A stretch of DNA of 64,000 nt, the filler included, from Asterionella formosa (lineage: Eukaryota), in assembly GCA_002256025.1 (NCBI GenBank). It is 17 parts of 17 records of this genome, joined end to end, with 100 filler letters (N's around TTAATTAATTAA, not from the genome) between each part and the next. Parts side by side here need not be neighbours in the genome. Positions count along the whole stretch, not along the records: positions 1 to 31,111 come from NKIB01000750.1; 16 more parts are not named here. One strand, written 5' to 3'. The position numbers were made by a program, and so were the translations under genes. Below are positions 13,246 through 25,658 of the stretch, one piece after another. Position 1 is the first letter of the stretch, and the number at the start of each line of letters is the position of its first letter. The notes under the pieces were generated by a model. That model worked only from the letters and a program-made list of their open reading frames with translations. It did not search any database and was not told the DNA's origin.

Positions 13246-14130
13246 TAGCTGCCTGCTTGGCTCATTGAAAAAGGACCATGCACAGGAAAACAAACCGGTC
13301 ACGTGTGATCACCATCACTGACACTGCTTCTGAGGCTATTTCTTAGTGTGACACAAAATGCATACACATGAATGATTTTTGTATGTCTGGGCATCAAATA
13401 ACGCAATAAGCTTGCTAAGGCAATGGCTACTACTAAACTCTACAATGATGCCATTTCCATCATTCATGAAAGTGACAAGGATGAGAGGGACAAGGCTACA
13501 AGTGATGATGACTGCAGACTGGTGCTATCATCCAATTCTAGGGAGGATTACCATTCGAAAAGCACAAGTTTTACAGAAAGTACATTGCGTAGCCAACAAA
13601 GAATACTGTGTAAATGAATTTTGCATCGACAACATAAAATAAAAATCGATACCAATTTGGATCCAAATTACCAGTAACGGTTATTTAAACCCTGCCTCGT
13701 TACCTGGTACCCTAAATCCAACAATAAATACCAATTTGGTAGTAAATTTGAAATCGATACAGATAAGGATCCAAATCGGTAGCAACAGATATCGATTGGG
13801 ATCTTAATTGTTATTCCTGCTAAGCTAAATAAATATCTACAAAAAGGCTAATCATATAATTCCAATCATTTGGAACGAAATTTGATGGCCTTCCAAAGTG
13901 ACGATCCTAACAAGCTGTCAACAACAAGCGACTATGAGACTACAGTACCTGGCAGTCTGGCTAGCTAATATAAACAAAGCTTCTAATAGTGTTCCAGTTG
14001 CCTCCCCAGTGGCAATACTGGTAGCAGTATGCATATGAAGGAAAAGGGTCAATGGCGACAGCAAGTGTACCAGTAGGCGTTACAATGCAAACACTTTGTT
14101 TATTCTTAAGATATAAAATTTATCCCCAAG

Positions 14131-15724
14131 CTATTCGCTGTCATCGTCATCATAATCTGGAACGCTGTTGGCATGCCCAGCAAATGAGGTTTGTCGAGAC
14201 TTTCTACCGTTCAACTTTTCAGCCACATCAAAGTCAACTTCTGCAATTCCTTCATTGATTTCGTACATCTCTTCGTCTGACAATGGTCGCCTTGTGATTG
14301 TATTCCATTTCTTCGACGGTCGACCAGTTGACAAGTTGACACGGGATGAAATTGGGAGGTAGGTGGCATCATTCTCCCCTAAAATCACAACAAAGTTCAC
14401 ATGTGGTTCGCCTTCTTCCTTCAATGGGGTCACATCTAAATCATATTGCTGTAAGGCTCTGTACTCATTGCTGCTATTATATCGGCCAGCAGGAATTAAC
14501 AATTGACATGTCATTCTATCATTGGCAAGTTTCTTCTCAACGTGAGCAATGAATGAGTGGGTAAGCTCCTTCAGATCTTCCTCGCTGCAATTCTTGGGAG
14601 AGTTGTCCATCACAACATGCGTATATGCGTATCCCCAATGATTTACTAACGGTAGGAAGGGCATTGCAGAAACAGGTTTAGCGTTCGCATTGGTCGGATG
14701 CTTCAAACTGGTGGTACTTAATTCCCCCAGAAATGTCTTGGAAATAGCTTGAGCCGACCGCGCCACATCCATCACAAGTTGCTTGGAGTGCAAGTCTTGA
14801 ACCGTATCTTTCTTTTTGTCTGCCAAGGATTTGAAGTCATGCACCTTGCGAGAGTAGTCATTAGAGAGGTATGTTGTCTTCTTCATGTAGAAAGGAAGGT
14901 TTTCGTCCAACACACGAGAAAATTCTTTGTTCCCAGCCTTTTTAGTAGGCAAGTAGGATTGTGTGGCCAAGATTGGCACCTTACCGGCCAGAGCAAGACG
15001 AGCCCGTGCTCGCTCATTGTCTCGGTGTTTTTGAAGCTGTTCCGCGGCTGTATCTCCCATTGATCCCTTCCAGTCGAGGAGCGCTAGATCATCAGGATGA
15101 AGTTCCTTTTCTGTAACTAAAGGTTTTTCATAACTATGGAGATTCATGGCAGATGGAGCCAAAGGAACCCCAAGATCAGGTTCTGAATGCAACTTCCAGG
15201 TATAATTGACTTCCACAGCATTTAATGGCTTATATTGACTGGCATCCTGCAACACTCCTTCCAATCCTTGGCCTACAAAACAAGGACCCACTGGAGGCCG
15301 CGGAGGAGCGTTCCGAAAGGCGAAATCGACTTTGAAACCTTGTGCCCTCTGGGCAAAGAGAGCTTCAAAGGCCGATGTTTCTGCGCCGGATTCAGATAAA
15401 GTCTTGTGTTTCTTGTTTTGCTGATTCAACACACGCGCAGCGTGTTCCTTTCGTTTTCGGTCCTTTTCTCGTTGCGAGTCTGACTTTGCCTTTTTTGCTT
15501 CCTGGAGGAATGTAACGAGAGCGGAAAGGAAGAGGATATGAGCAAGGGGGAGCGACGATACAGCGCAACAAGTGCAGTTTTGTTTGTCGTCGCCGTTCCC
15601 TTCACAACTACCGGATACTTTCGGTGCGAGTTCCAGCTAGTCACTGACTCGTACCACTTACCTTTCGCTTAGCCCGGCGCTCAGACTCTTCACGCTTATG
15701 GCGACTTTCTTCGTCTTCTCCCAT
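14131..15724 (-). CDS. PAF1: RNA polymerase II-associated factor 1 (Paf1 complex subunit); 2 exons (15724-15662, 15501-14131)
   Basis: Exon 1 (MGEDEESRHK...) splices in frame via GTAAGT..CAG (15661-15502). Paf1-like motifs FRNAPPRPP, LHSEPDLGVPL, LHPDDLALL, YMKKTTYLS and LKHPT...PFLP are present. Confidence 0.85.
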
Positions 15725-15984
15725 GGTTCACTCAGTGGTTCGTGCAGAGACTTTCAATGTATTAAGTTTCGCCGCCATTCACTGACATTAACCTTCTTCA
15801 TTGTTTTACCCTGCAAGAGGATCGGTTCGAGTGGGCGAAAATTTATTGCCCCCTGCCTTGGTTGTTTACAATACAGTAAATTGCAATTATAAATGTATTT
15901 CTGCAGCATAGAATTAACATAGAAAAAGCCGCACACTATATAGACTTCACGTACATTTTATCTAGTACTTGCCTTGAATTAATA

Positions 15985-16530
15985 TACCGGTACCGGTAGT
16001 CTATCAGGACTGGTAGACTACTACCTGGTACCTTTTTCCTAGGGAGTGCATCTGGTATCGGGGGTCATAGGAACCGTCATACAGGGTACCAGCTACTAGG
16101 TAGGGTACAAGATACCTTATGGCTGACGGTATCTGGTACCTGGTACCAGCAAGTTGCGGTCATTTTGGTTAAATAGACAATTTAATCTGAGATAAAGAAA
16201 GCTAAAGCTTTAGATGAGCAAAATTACCGGTACCAACCACTTGGAGGTCCTGGTACCTGGTACCAGGGTACCAGTACCAGGTACTTGTCCTTGCAACAAC
16301 TGGTACCAGGTACCAGGTACATGCCATCCTTTCTGCCTGTATCATATGATACATATGCTACCGAAGGTAAATGATACATATGTGTATAGCGATACATATG
16401 CTTTCCGGTAGCTACCGGTAGCTCCCTATTACCGGTATATATCCTCCATCATGTTGCTTGTCAGCATATCGATTGTAGAATTCTAACAAACTCATTTCAA
16501 CTACCAGGTACCCCCGGTACCTGGTACCGG
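15985..16530. repeat. Second GGTACC-rich cluster, in the divergent promoter region between PAF1 and the next gene
   Basis: Repeated TACCGGTA, TACCTGGTA and TACCAGGTA units, e.g. 16250-16285 and 16300-16320. Confidence 0.85.
16146..16247. mobile_element. Diverged copy of a ~105-bp MITE-like element
   Basis: TA|CCAGCAAGTTGCGGTCATTT...AATTACCG aligns with the reverse complement of 49556-49662. Confidence 0.6.
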
Positions 16531-16632
16531 AATACCTCACAACCACACTTCATTTCCGTCCATTCTCACCAAGCAGCACGACGAGCTCACATTCCAAAAA
16601 AAATGCGATCGACACATAAACTAGGGATTAAT

Positions 16633-17679
16633 ATGAAGGCCGCCATGTCTATTTGCTTTGCTGTTCTTCCCCAAATTGCATCGTTCTGTATTCCGTTTTC
16701 GCGTTGTCACTCCATGACAATCCTTGCGGTGCCTCGCTATGGTCCTACAACGTCTATCAATGAAGATCCAGAGGAAGAACAAGCCAATTGGGAACGGCAA
16801 GAAACTCAACGAGTGGCTCAGCAAGAGATCAACTTTCAGAACCTCCTTGACAAAGTTCTTTCCACCACCAAGGCGGAGCATTTACCTGGCCTCATGACCA
16901 AGAATTTAGAGCTCCTTTTGCGGATGCGGGGATACGAAGGAGTCGAACTCATTAACAATGCAATCGAAAAGGCACGCGAAACAAAAGGAGAAGAACGAGC
17001 CGAAGAAGTCATGGCTGCAATCGAGTTCATGCTTTCCTTTACTGAAGAATTCGTTGACCAGGCCAAGGCAATGGATGATACCTACAAAGCGCTCTTGGGG
17101 AAGATTATACGTGCCATGACAGACAACAAGGATACACTGTCCGTTCGAGAGCAAGAAGAATATTTTGACCTGGTTATGCAGAGCGAAAAGGATAACTTTT
17201 CTCCTGGGTTCCTTAAACATGTAGACGGGGAGTGTGAAAGAATTTCAAACGCACCGACAATGACGCCTGAGAGTTCCCGACTTCTGGAAATAATACGTAT
17301 CATTCAAACTCGTTTGTTGGAAGAATTGGGAAAGGTGAGTCATCTACTGCGTCATCAATGTTTGGGCTGAATCTCGCACGCATCCATTCGTGATCCATCT
17401 CATTATTTTTCTTTGTACTGAAAGGATATTGGTGAAGGAGCACTCGTTTTAGGTCAATTGATGGGATATGATGACAAAGAGGAGAGACTGGCAGTCCTAG
17501 AAACCGGGTTAACAGTCCGAGGCTTAGATTTTGCGAAAGAGATGGCAGCACTGACTGGAGAGGCACTGAGAGGTTTCCAGACCGTTCCAGGAGGAGCGGA
17601 TCCCGAGTTAGTCGAGCGAATACAAGAAATGGACGACAGAATCCAAGCGTTCATTGACGCGGCAGATGTCCTACAATAG
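16633..17679 (+). CDS. Predicted plastid-targeted helical protein of unknown function; 2 exons (16633-17334, 17425-17679)
   Basis: Signal peptide ending in IASF followed by a transit-like segment. A GTGAGT..AAG intron (17335-17424) joins the ORFs in frame (ELGK/DIGEG). An alternative upstream ATG exists at 16603. Confidence 0.8.
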
Positions 17680-17752
17680 TAGATCCAGTAGTGACAATTT
17701 TGCACTTTCTTGTTCATTAAAGCGTGACAGAAGTAGATACGTTCACTCGATA

Positions 17753-18460
17753 CTAACATCTATTTAACAGTGTCGTCTTGAGCACGTCAGCAACTCGTTG
17801 CGCGTTATCGTCAATCGAATCATTGCCTGGCAAGGTAACATGAGGGAAATCCACAGGAGCAAATTCCCAGTCACTATTAACAGACTTGCTGGCCTCTTCC
17901 TGATCACTATCTAGAGCTGCGTCGGGAGCGCCTTTATAGAAATGTCCTGCTCTTTCGGCTATTCTTTGGTTGGCTTCTTCTTCGCTGATGCTCACCAAGG
18001 CCCAGACTGCACATGGGAACCTGAATCGAAAGATATCACGAAGATCTGTATTGACAAAACTAAAGCTTAGGATACAAGCCAGTGGATGCCTCTCGTTTAT
18101 TTCTTGCTCAATTTTGCTACAGGCTCCCTCAGCAAACTCTCTGCGTTGGTCTGGCGTCGGATAGATTCCCTTTCCAAAGTTATCCTTCATCCACTGAGGG
18201 ACATAGGTGTCCAAATCGAGACCAATAACACTGTTAGATTGATCCAAAAATAATGAGATGACCTTATTAGCAACAGTTGTCTTCCCCGCGCCTGGTCTCC
18301 CGAAGACTATTACTATCGGAACATCAACAGCAGTTCGAGCCTCGTCCCTGGACATGAAACGCTGCATATCGACACCATTTATTTGAGACATGGAAGGCGC
18401 AAGGGATTGAATTGTGGAACTTAGGTAAAGAAAATGGACAAGGGAGGCAGTGATTTTCAT
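17753..18460 (-). CDS. Gluconokinase/shikimate-kinase-like P-loop kinase with an N-terminal targeting sequence
   Basis: Walker A GRPGAGKTT, LDLD, K..GKG.YPT...R and the lid motif RIAERAGHFY, which resembles the GntK-family RxGHF. Confidence 0.8.
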   Translation of the reverse strand: MKITASLVHFLYLSSTIQSLAPSMSQINGVDMQRFMSRDEARTAVDVPIVIVFGRPGAGKTTVANKVISLFLDQSNSVIGLDLDTYVPQWMKDNFGKGIYPTPDQRREFAEGACSKIEQEINERHPLACILSFSFVNTDLRDIFRFRFPCAVWALVSISEEEANQRIAERAGHFYKGAPDAALDSDQEEASKSVNSDWEFAPVDFPHVTLPGNDSIDDNAQRVADVLKTTLLNRC

Positions 18461-18862
18461 CGTGGCGAAGCCATACTAAAAAATGACGACCAAGCACTCG
18501 GCTTTTGTCCTTGCATTGGAACAATGAATTAATTAAATAAAAAATGATTAAGACGTAGGGCGCGCTCTGATAATAAAAAATTATTACATCATGTGTATTA
18601 TTACACAAATCGTTGTACCCATAACCCCAAAATTTGTGTTGGTGTTGACCAAATTTTTTACAGTTATAAATAACAGTGCATTATATAAAAAGATGTTTAG
18701 GCATGAATGACTATATAGAATTTCCCGGAATATTTCAAGACTTGCTTGCTCATACTCAAAATGGCTTGCTCTTTCCAAAATAGGTATGCATGTTGCATAT
18801 CGTTACATATCAATCAACCTCCTCAATACATCGATTGTCATCGCTTTTAGATTTCGACCCCC

Positions 18863-20136
18863 ATGTCTTCATCTTCTTCTGGTCAAAGGAGAGCAGCCAG
18901 GGAGGGCTTCCCTTCCTCTCCAAGGCTGCTTGAACGTCGCCATCACCAACAAGAGCAACAACAGAGGACTCAACCAGAAGAGGAGGAGGAGGAGGAGGAG
19001 GAGGGAGGAAGACAATGACAACAAGAATGAAGATGACACTGGTGCTGATGAGGCCTGAGTTCTTTGCCAGCGATGATGAGGACAGTAGAATGGGTGTTCC
19101 AGGTGTTTCTCAGATTGGTGTTTCTGAGGTTACTCACTCCCCATCAAAGAACAACAACGATTTTTCACGTGCTCCTACTAGTTCAGTTGCAAGAATGGCA
19201 ACTGCTGCCAGGTGACCACCAATGTTTCCAAGGGCTCGCCGAAGCATGCAGAGTCGGGGTCAACAGTTCAGGATCAATGAGATTCTCTCATTGCTGGTGG
19301 ACGCCATTTCTACTCACCTGCCAATTGGGTCCCATGAATGGGAAGTTGTTGCTTCACAGCACAACGAGAATTTCCCAAACAAAGAACGGACATGACCTTC
19401 TTCACTTCGCCGAAAGTTTACACAGCTGCACAAAGTTAAGAAACCAACTGGGGACCCAACATGCCCTGCTGAGGTGACATATGCCAAACAAATTTTTCGA
19501 AGAATTGAGCAATGAGCAGATGCAAGTGCTGAGATTGAATCCACTAACCTTGGAATAGAGAGGGAGTACAATGAGCCCAATATGGATGAGCCAAATGTTG
19601 ATGATGATTTTATAGCAATTTCTGGGGAGAGTGAAGACAATGGTAAAGCAACATCTGCCGCTTATGCTAATTTCTCTGGTTCAAGATTTCCTCGACCTAT
19701 GGTGTCCCCTCGATTTAGAGATAAGGAAGTGTTGAGCAATACTGGGCCTGTTGAGGAAGTGCTTTCTCTTCTTTCGACGCAGTTGCTTCACAAGACTACT
19801 CAAACTGATACTACTGATAACCTGCAGCAGCAATAACACCAACAACAGCAACAGCAACAGAACATGATGAACATGATGATGGTTTCAATCATGGCATCAT
19901 TGTTGAATCATGGGGTATCTCAAACAACCACCTCCACTGACAGTGCTGATCCCATTCAGGCAACCATGAATTCAATTATTGTTGCTTCGAACATGATTTC
20001 AATGCAGCAAACAATGCAAAGCCAAAATCCAGCCTCAACAGCAGGTGCCAATGCACAATAAACTTTGTCTGCCTCAACTCAATGTCAAACACCAAAAAAC
20101 AACAGTGGTACTAGCAGTAGTAGTGATGATGAATAA
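18863..20136 (+). pseudogene. Harbinger Myb/SANT-like DNA-binding accessory ORF, disrupted
   Basis: Translation across stops gives LPIGSHEWEVVASQHNENFP...SLRRKFTQLHKVKKPTGDPTCPAEV.YAKQI (DUF6818-like), followed by acidic and Q/M-rich tails. Confidence 0.7.
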
Positions 20137-20210
20137 CCTTAAATTAATTCATTCTAATATAATATGAAAGAAATGGTGGTAAATAATCATGAATGAATAA
20201 TTTCTTTGAA

Positions 20211-21394
20211 TTACATGGCATATGTATTAGCATTCCTATGCAAATAGGGCATATACACTGAAGTAATTTGGTTCTGACCAACTTTGATAGCACGAAAGAT
20301 GTAGAGCAATACAATTATTTGGAGAATTAATTTTCTCTCACCTTTTTCTTCATAACGAAATTTGTCTTTGATTCTCGGAAATGATCCCTGAAGGCATCGC
20401 ATTCCCCATTCCGACAGCTGTCGGATTGAGGTGGCTTGGCGATTCATACCAAATCTTTGTCGAGGATTACCATTTGCAACAACATTATTTTGATGCGATT
20501 TCAACGTTGCATTTGATTTCTTAGATGCAAATGCTGAATCCACGACTACTTTTTTACCTGTATCCCTGTAAACTGTTTCAATCTGATCATAGATTGATGA
20601 CCAAATTGCCATGGTGGATTCATGTAGAACACCAGGTGCATTGAAATATGAGCAGCAAATTTTGCCATCAGGCGAAAAAAGGAACAAGTTTGTCACATAG
20701 TGTTCATGAGTCCATCCATTGTAGAAGTTGTTCTGCTGTGTTTCATTTCCAGCCCATTGCAGGGTCAGTTTCAGACGATCCATTGATCCCCAAAAATTTG
20801 TTATAAGTGGGTATTTCTGATTGATCATTGTTGCAAACAAGGTGGCTTCGTCTGCAGTACTAGGCAGTCTCACTATGGCATCTTCATGTGTCAGCAGTAC
20901 TTTTAGCTACAATCATTTGCCTTGAAAACCTCAACCAAACACTCAAAGAACCATGCTGAGTGAATCCGAAAATAATCTGAAGAATCATGTAGGAACCACG
21001 AGTCCTGGTCCATGCTAAACCAAGCGCTAGACAACTGATGGAACAGAGGTAGCTATCTTTGCCGACCTTTCTTGGTTGTTGAATTTCTAACAATTAAATT
21101 CTTTATTTTTCCTATAGGGAGTAAAGGAATAAAAGCAAGGTTTGAACAGCAGCTGGTGTAGGAGCTCGAAAGAAACATGGTCAAACCCACACAAGGTAAT
21201 CAGAGCATCATCATGCTTGCTGTTGAAAAAAGTCCAGAATGGACTTGATAATGGATGCTGTAGTGCTGCATGGCGACGAATTTTGCCACTTCGGCTCTTC
21301 TTCTGACCTCATCAACAGTCAAACTTTCCCAGAACGATGGCTTCTTATTTACTGGTGGATAGCACATTGCTAACAGTAGCAACGTAATCATAAT

Positions 21395-21434
<40 letters not shown>

Positions 21435-21457
21435 GGAGATGAGATGAAAGTCGACAT
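20211..21457 (-). pseudogene. Harbinger transposase (DDE_Tnp_4-like), frameshifted
   Basis: Motifs WGSMDRLK, FYNGWTHEHY, NAPGVLHES, VVVDSAF and RQLSEWGM..LQGSFPR. The upstream fragments are in other frames. A poly-Asp N-terminus is encoded by (CAT)n at ~21396-21433. Confidence 0.85.
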
Positions 21458-21739
21458 GGTAAGTGACTGACGATGATGAATGTATAGAACTCCTGCATAT
21501 AATGAACAAGAGGCGGCATAGTAGCATACAAGAGGATGCATCGATATGAAAAATTAACTGCTGAAAATTATAGTTAAAAATATATCTAATGTCAGAGAAG
21601 TAATCTAAAATATCTCTATTATCAGAGCGCAAGGACAATATTATGTAGCAGATCACCAGAATAATTTGTGTTATAATACACACATGATATAATAATTTTT
21701 TAATATCAGAGCGCGCCCATTAAAAAAATTATAATACTA

Positions 21740-22200
21740 CCGTGGTTATACCGGCAATACCCCGCTCCAGTCATCGTCATGACATTTGGGTACTTCTAAG
21801 TAATTTTTCAGGCTCTAAGTAATCATTTCTTAAGTAATTTTGACTTATGGGCAATATGGGGCACATCGAATTTTTCGGCAATAAATATGATATTGCAGAT
21901 CAACAATCAGATTGGTAATCCTACCTATCAATTTTCTTCAGGCAACTTTGTAAATGTTGATGAGATTAACATCAATTTTGACATGTTTAGATCAAGGACT
22001 TTGGCAAACCACAGTGAAAGGACAATTAGGCTTCAAACAATAGGGAACTCAAATCGCTACACCTCTATTTAGGTGTGACAATGAGTTGTGATAACAAGTT
22101 GCCACTATTTATTGTATTTCTAGGAACAAGAGATGGACGCATTGCCAGGCAATTGCAATTATGATAGAAACGTTACCTTTTCTATAAAGATCCCTGTGCT
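21740..22200 (+). mobile_element. pogo/Tigger-like (DDE_1) transposase remnant with a possible TA|CCGT terminus
   Basis: Translation NFVNVDEININFDM..RTL...ERTIRLQTIGNSNR.T...VTMS...KLPLFIVF.G..DGRIAR (with a frameshift) matches the pogo first-Asp region. Confidence 0.6.
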
Positions 22201-23401
22201 TTATCCAATAAATGGGTCCCCTTTCCCCCCTCAGTCAAATAAAAAGTCTGTTTAACAACTTGCGCATAAAACCATTTTCGTCTACATGATTATGATCATT
22301 AAGACATTAAACCCAAGTTTAGCTAAGGTCAAAACGCACATTAGGTGAAGGATGAACGTGATCTGGGTGATTCAATTTTAGATGATTAACACAATATAAA
22401 AGCAGATCCCTCTTTTAAATAAGGAACAGCAGCATTAGTATGAGGACATCTTGCATCCCCCTGTCGATTGTCTTTTGTTACTAAGTATACTGTGGATTTT
22501 GGTAAATTAAGTGCTATCGCAAGCTTGTGATACATTGTGCATTTGCGAAGCAAGTTACAGTGAAGATTACCTCATCATGATTATATTTCTGTGGACAGCC
22601 AGTCATGTATTTGCAGGAAAGCAAAGCAACTATATCACTTTCTTTGAAATAGTATCAGCAAGTGCACAATTCCATTTATGCTATACACTAATTTTTTACA
22701 TCTAACCTACACCACAAGAATTTAATGGTTCTGACTAACAAATCAAGCTGACTATCTATTTTGTCACTTCCTTCAGGTCCTCTTTTGAGGTTCCATTAAC
22801 CATAGTAATCAAGAATCATTTGATTCTCGTCCACTGACAAATCCCCCATCTTATATTTGTTGAGAATAGGAAAAAACTAGGTAGTGGAAAAAAAGGATTC
22901 ATGCATCTCCATTTTGTTCCAGATGGGCAAAAGTGAAAATCGAAAAAGCCCAAATTTTTAAAAAATATAGTTGGCAATTCTAAATTTTACTGTACATACT
23001 GGTAGATATGTTACACACCATAGATTAGTAGCTTTTAGGAATGTGCACATGAGGGTGACTCAGTCGAGAAAATCATTGGAGTCAAAATGGCTTTGGAGAA
23101 ATTCTGGGGACTGTTATCAACCAGAGGGAGTGAGTACCAGCATGTCTTTTACCAGTAAATGGATTATAATCACACAGTACCTTGGCACCTGGCGTCTGGT
23201 ACCTAGATTACTCAAATACCGGTAGTGGATTCGAATATGCGGTATAAGTGGTCCCCATGTTCTTCTATTCTATAAACTGGCAAATCATCATAACATAAGG
23301 AGGCCTTGGAAACATAGCAAGAAAAAAACAAGAGCGAACAGTCGTTACTTTTCCGGTGGACTTCATGTTTGCAATCATCAGTCTAAAAAGTTTAAAATGG
23401 C

Positions 23402-24196
23402 CTACTTCTTGAGGCCAGCAAGAGCAACACCGACACCTCCAAGAGCGACCGACAAAGGGACCAAGAGGAGTCCAAGAAACACGCCAGCAGACAAGCCAAC
23501 GAAAGGAATCTCAACATCATTGACCAACAAATATGCATCCAAACCTCCGGCAGCAGCAGCAGCTAAGAAAAAAGCAGGTGGCCCAACCTCAAGGGCACCA
23601 GCAACAAGAGGCAAGAGAAGGGGGGCTCCTTCAACCACAATAGGGGCGAGACCATTGAGCAGAAGTTGTTGATTATTAGCTGCCAAACTCAAAAGACCGA
23701 GTTCCTCAGCAACAGGAAGGAGTTTCTCCACAGTGGCAAGGTCGACACCATTCTTCTCCAACTTGGAAAGGATACCGTTATCAGCTGTGGCCTTGAGAAG
23801 GTTCAACTCACGCACACGTCTGACGACATTGTACTGCGGTCGACAAAGTGAATAGACACGGCATGTAAGGTACAACAATAATTAAGCGAGAATGGCATAG
23901 ACAACAAATCCCCGACCAAAGTTAATATAAACGAGCCACTCTCTTAGTAAATACCTTCGTATGGTACATACCTGACGGTTCAAGAATGAATTAGCGTCGA
24001 TTTTGTTCACCCATTGCTTGTAGTTGGCTTCTCCAAGGAGCTGATCAGGCGTGTTCTTGTAGGAGTCTTCAGCGAAATCGAATCCGAATGATTCTGAAAG
24101 TGTGGTGGCTGGACGAGCAAATGTGGATGGGGCCACGAATGCCGAAGCAGAACCAGCGGCGACAGCGAGGACAAGGAAGTTGCTAACAGGCGCCAT
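23402..24196 (-). CDS. Plastid-targeted DUF1118 (RIQ-like) membrane protein; 2 exons (24196-23972, 23833-23402)
   Basis: Presequence MAPVSNFLVLAVAAGSASAFVAP carries the ASAF motif. Intron GTATGT..GCAG at 23971-23834. RVRELNLLKATADNGILSKLEKNG...AEELGLLSLA plus hydrophobic C-terminal helices resemble DUF1118. Confidence 0.8.
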
Positions 24197-24991
24197 GGTC
24201 GTCGATTTCGAATTGTTTCGAGCAACGAAACTCTTGGCTTGCCGTACGGGCCGCTCTATATATTTAGATTTCAAGGCAGCCTGCGGATGCGAGGATACAG
24301 TGACGACCTTGAACTCCTGCGCACTTGGATCGCCACGCACTACATGCTGTACTTTCTGAGTGTGGAGCGAGGGACAGGCCGTACCTGTTCCCTACGCACA
24401 CTGCAATACCACTGCTTAAGACGCACTGGGAGGTAAACCGGCATATCCATTGATGAATGATAGTAAGTACCGGTATGATGTTGAAGCAAAACGGACGCCA
24501 GGAATGTGGCAGTACTAATATACCGGTGTACCGTACTGGATTTTTGGGATCCATAAAACAACTTAGAATATGTATATTCATAATAATTTACATACACATA
24601 TACAGAACACCGATGTACGTTTTCTAGTTGTTGTGCGTCTGTGTAACGGTAGTCGTACAAATTTAAAATGAGTTAAAACGTAGAATACCGGTATGCATAT
24701 ACCGGTAGGTGTATCAAACGTACAAATAAATAATAGCAGCCAACAAGGAGAAGAAAATCAATGTCATGATCTGTCATACCGGTATATATCTAAAGTGCCA
24801 ACATCAATGATGCGCATCTCGATGCTTGCATGACTCCTACCGGTAATAACAATCATTGGTCAAAAGCTCTCCTGTTGATTCGATCATCTCGTCTACCGGT
24901 AGACGCTCAAGGAGACATAACGTTAGACAGCTACCGGTATTGGTGGCGCCTAGCTAGCAGAGAATACTTCGTTTTCTCTACCTAAACAACG

Positions 24992-25558
24992 ATGAAGTCT
25001 GTTGTTGCACTCTTGCTATCGCTCCTTCCGGGCACATGGTCTAGATATACCCTTGGAGTCCGAGATTCCATTATGATTGCTCATAGTTTTCATAATCATC
25101 CCTCCTTCGGACCTGCTGGAGGAATGGTACGTTGCTTTGTTACATTCGAGTAGAGTTCATGCAGCTATATCTGACTACAGTAACTACCTTTTAAGAGTAA
25201 CTTTGTACTTTGTTGGATCACCTTCATGTTTCGCTAACCATTTTGTATGCAGCACGGGGCAACCTATACTTGCGATGTCGAATTTGGCTGCAATGACCTC
25301 AACCCAGAGACGAATTGGGTCCTAGATATTGGCCAGGCGTCCCAAGTACTGAGTGAGGTCCTATCCAAATACAATCTAAAGAACATGGACGAGGTATTTC
25401 CCAACGGAGAATTAACAACAACCGAATTCATGGCCAAGAAAATCCACGAGGATATTGCCGCTCGACTGCGAGCTGAATGCAAAGAATTTTCTGGAGATTT
25501 GTGCGTCAAGCTATGGGAATCTCATAACGCGTGGGCCAGTTATTTTGAAAGTATATAG
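24992..25558 (+). CDS. 6-pyruvoyl-tetrahydropterin synthase/QueD (COG0720) family protein with an N-terminal signal peptide; 2 exons (24992-25126, 25253-25558)
   Basis: Spliced product reads YTLGVRDSIMIAHSF...FGPAGGM/HGATY...LDIG...YNLKNMDE...TTTEFMA...VKLWESHNAWASY. The GTACGT..GCAG intron (25127-25252) is phase 0. Confidence 0.88.
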
Positions 25559-25658
25559 CCTTCAGTAATACCCGGTAGGTTGGGAGGGCCTCATGCAATT
25601 CAGACTGCCGGTGTACACGTATTCACCAACTTTTCGTTTCGAACACTTGAATAAACTT

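Larger units (their letters stand above)
18558..21718. mobile_element. Full-length but decayed PIF/Harbinger DNA transposon
   Basis: Imperfect ~55-bp TIRs (GGGCGCGCTCTGATA... at 18558 and ...TATCAGAGCGCGCCC ending at 21718) enclose convergent Myb-like and DDE nuclease genes. No clean 3-bp TSD (GTA vs ATT). Confidence 0.9.
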
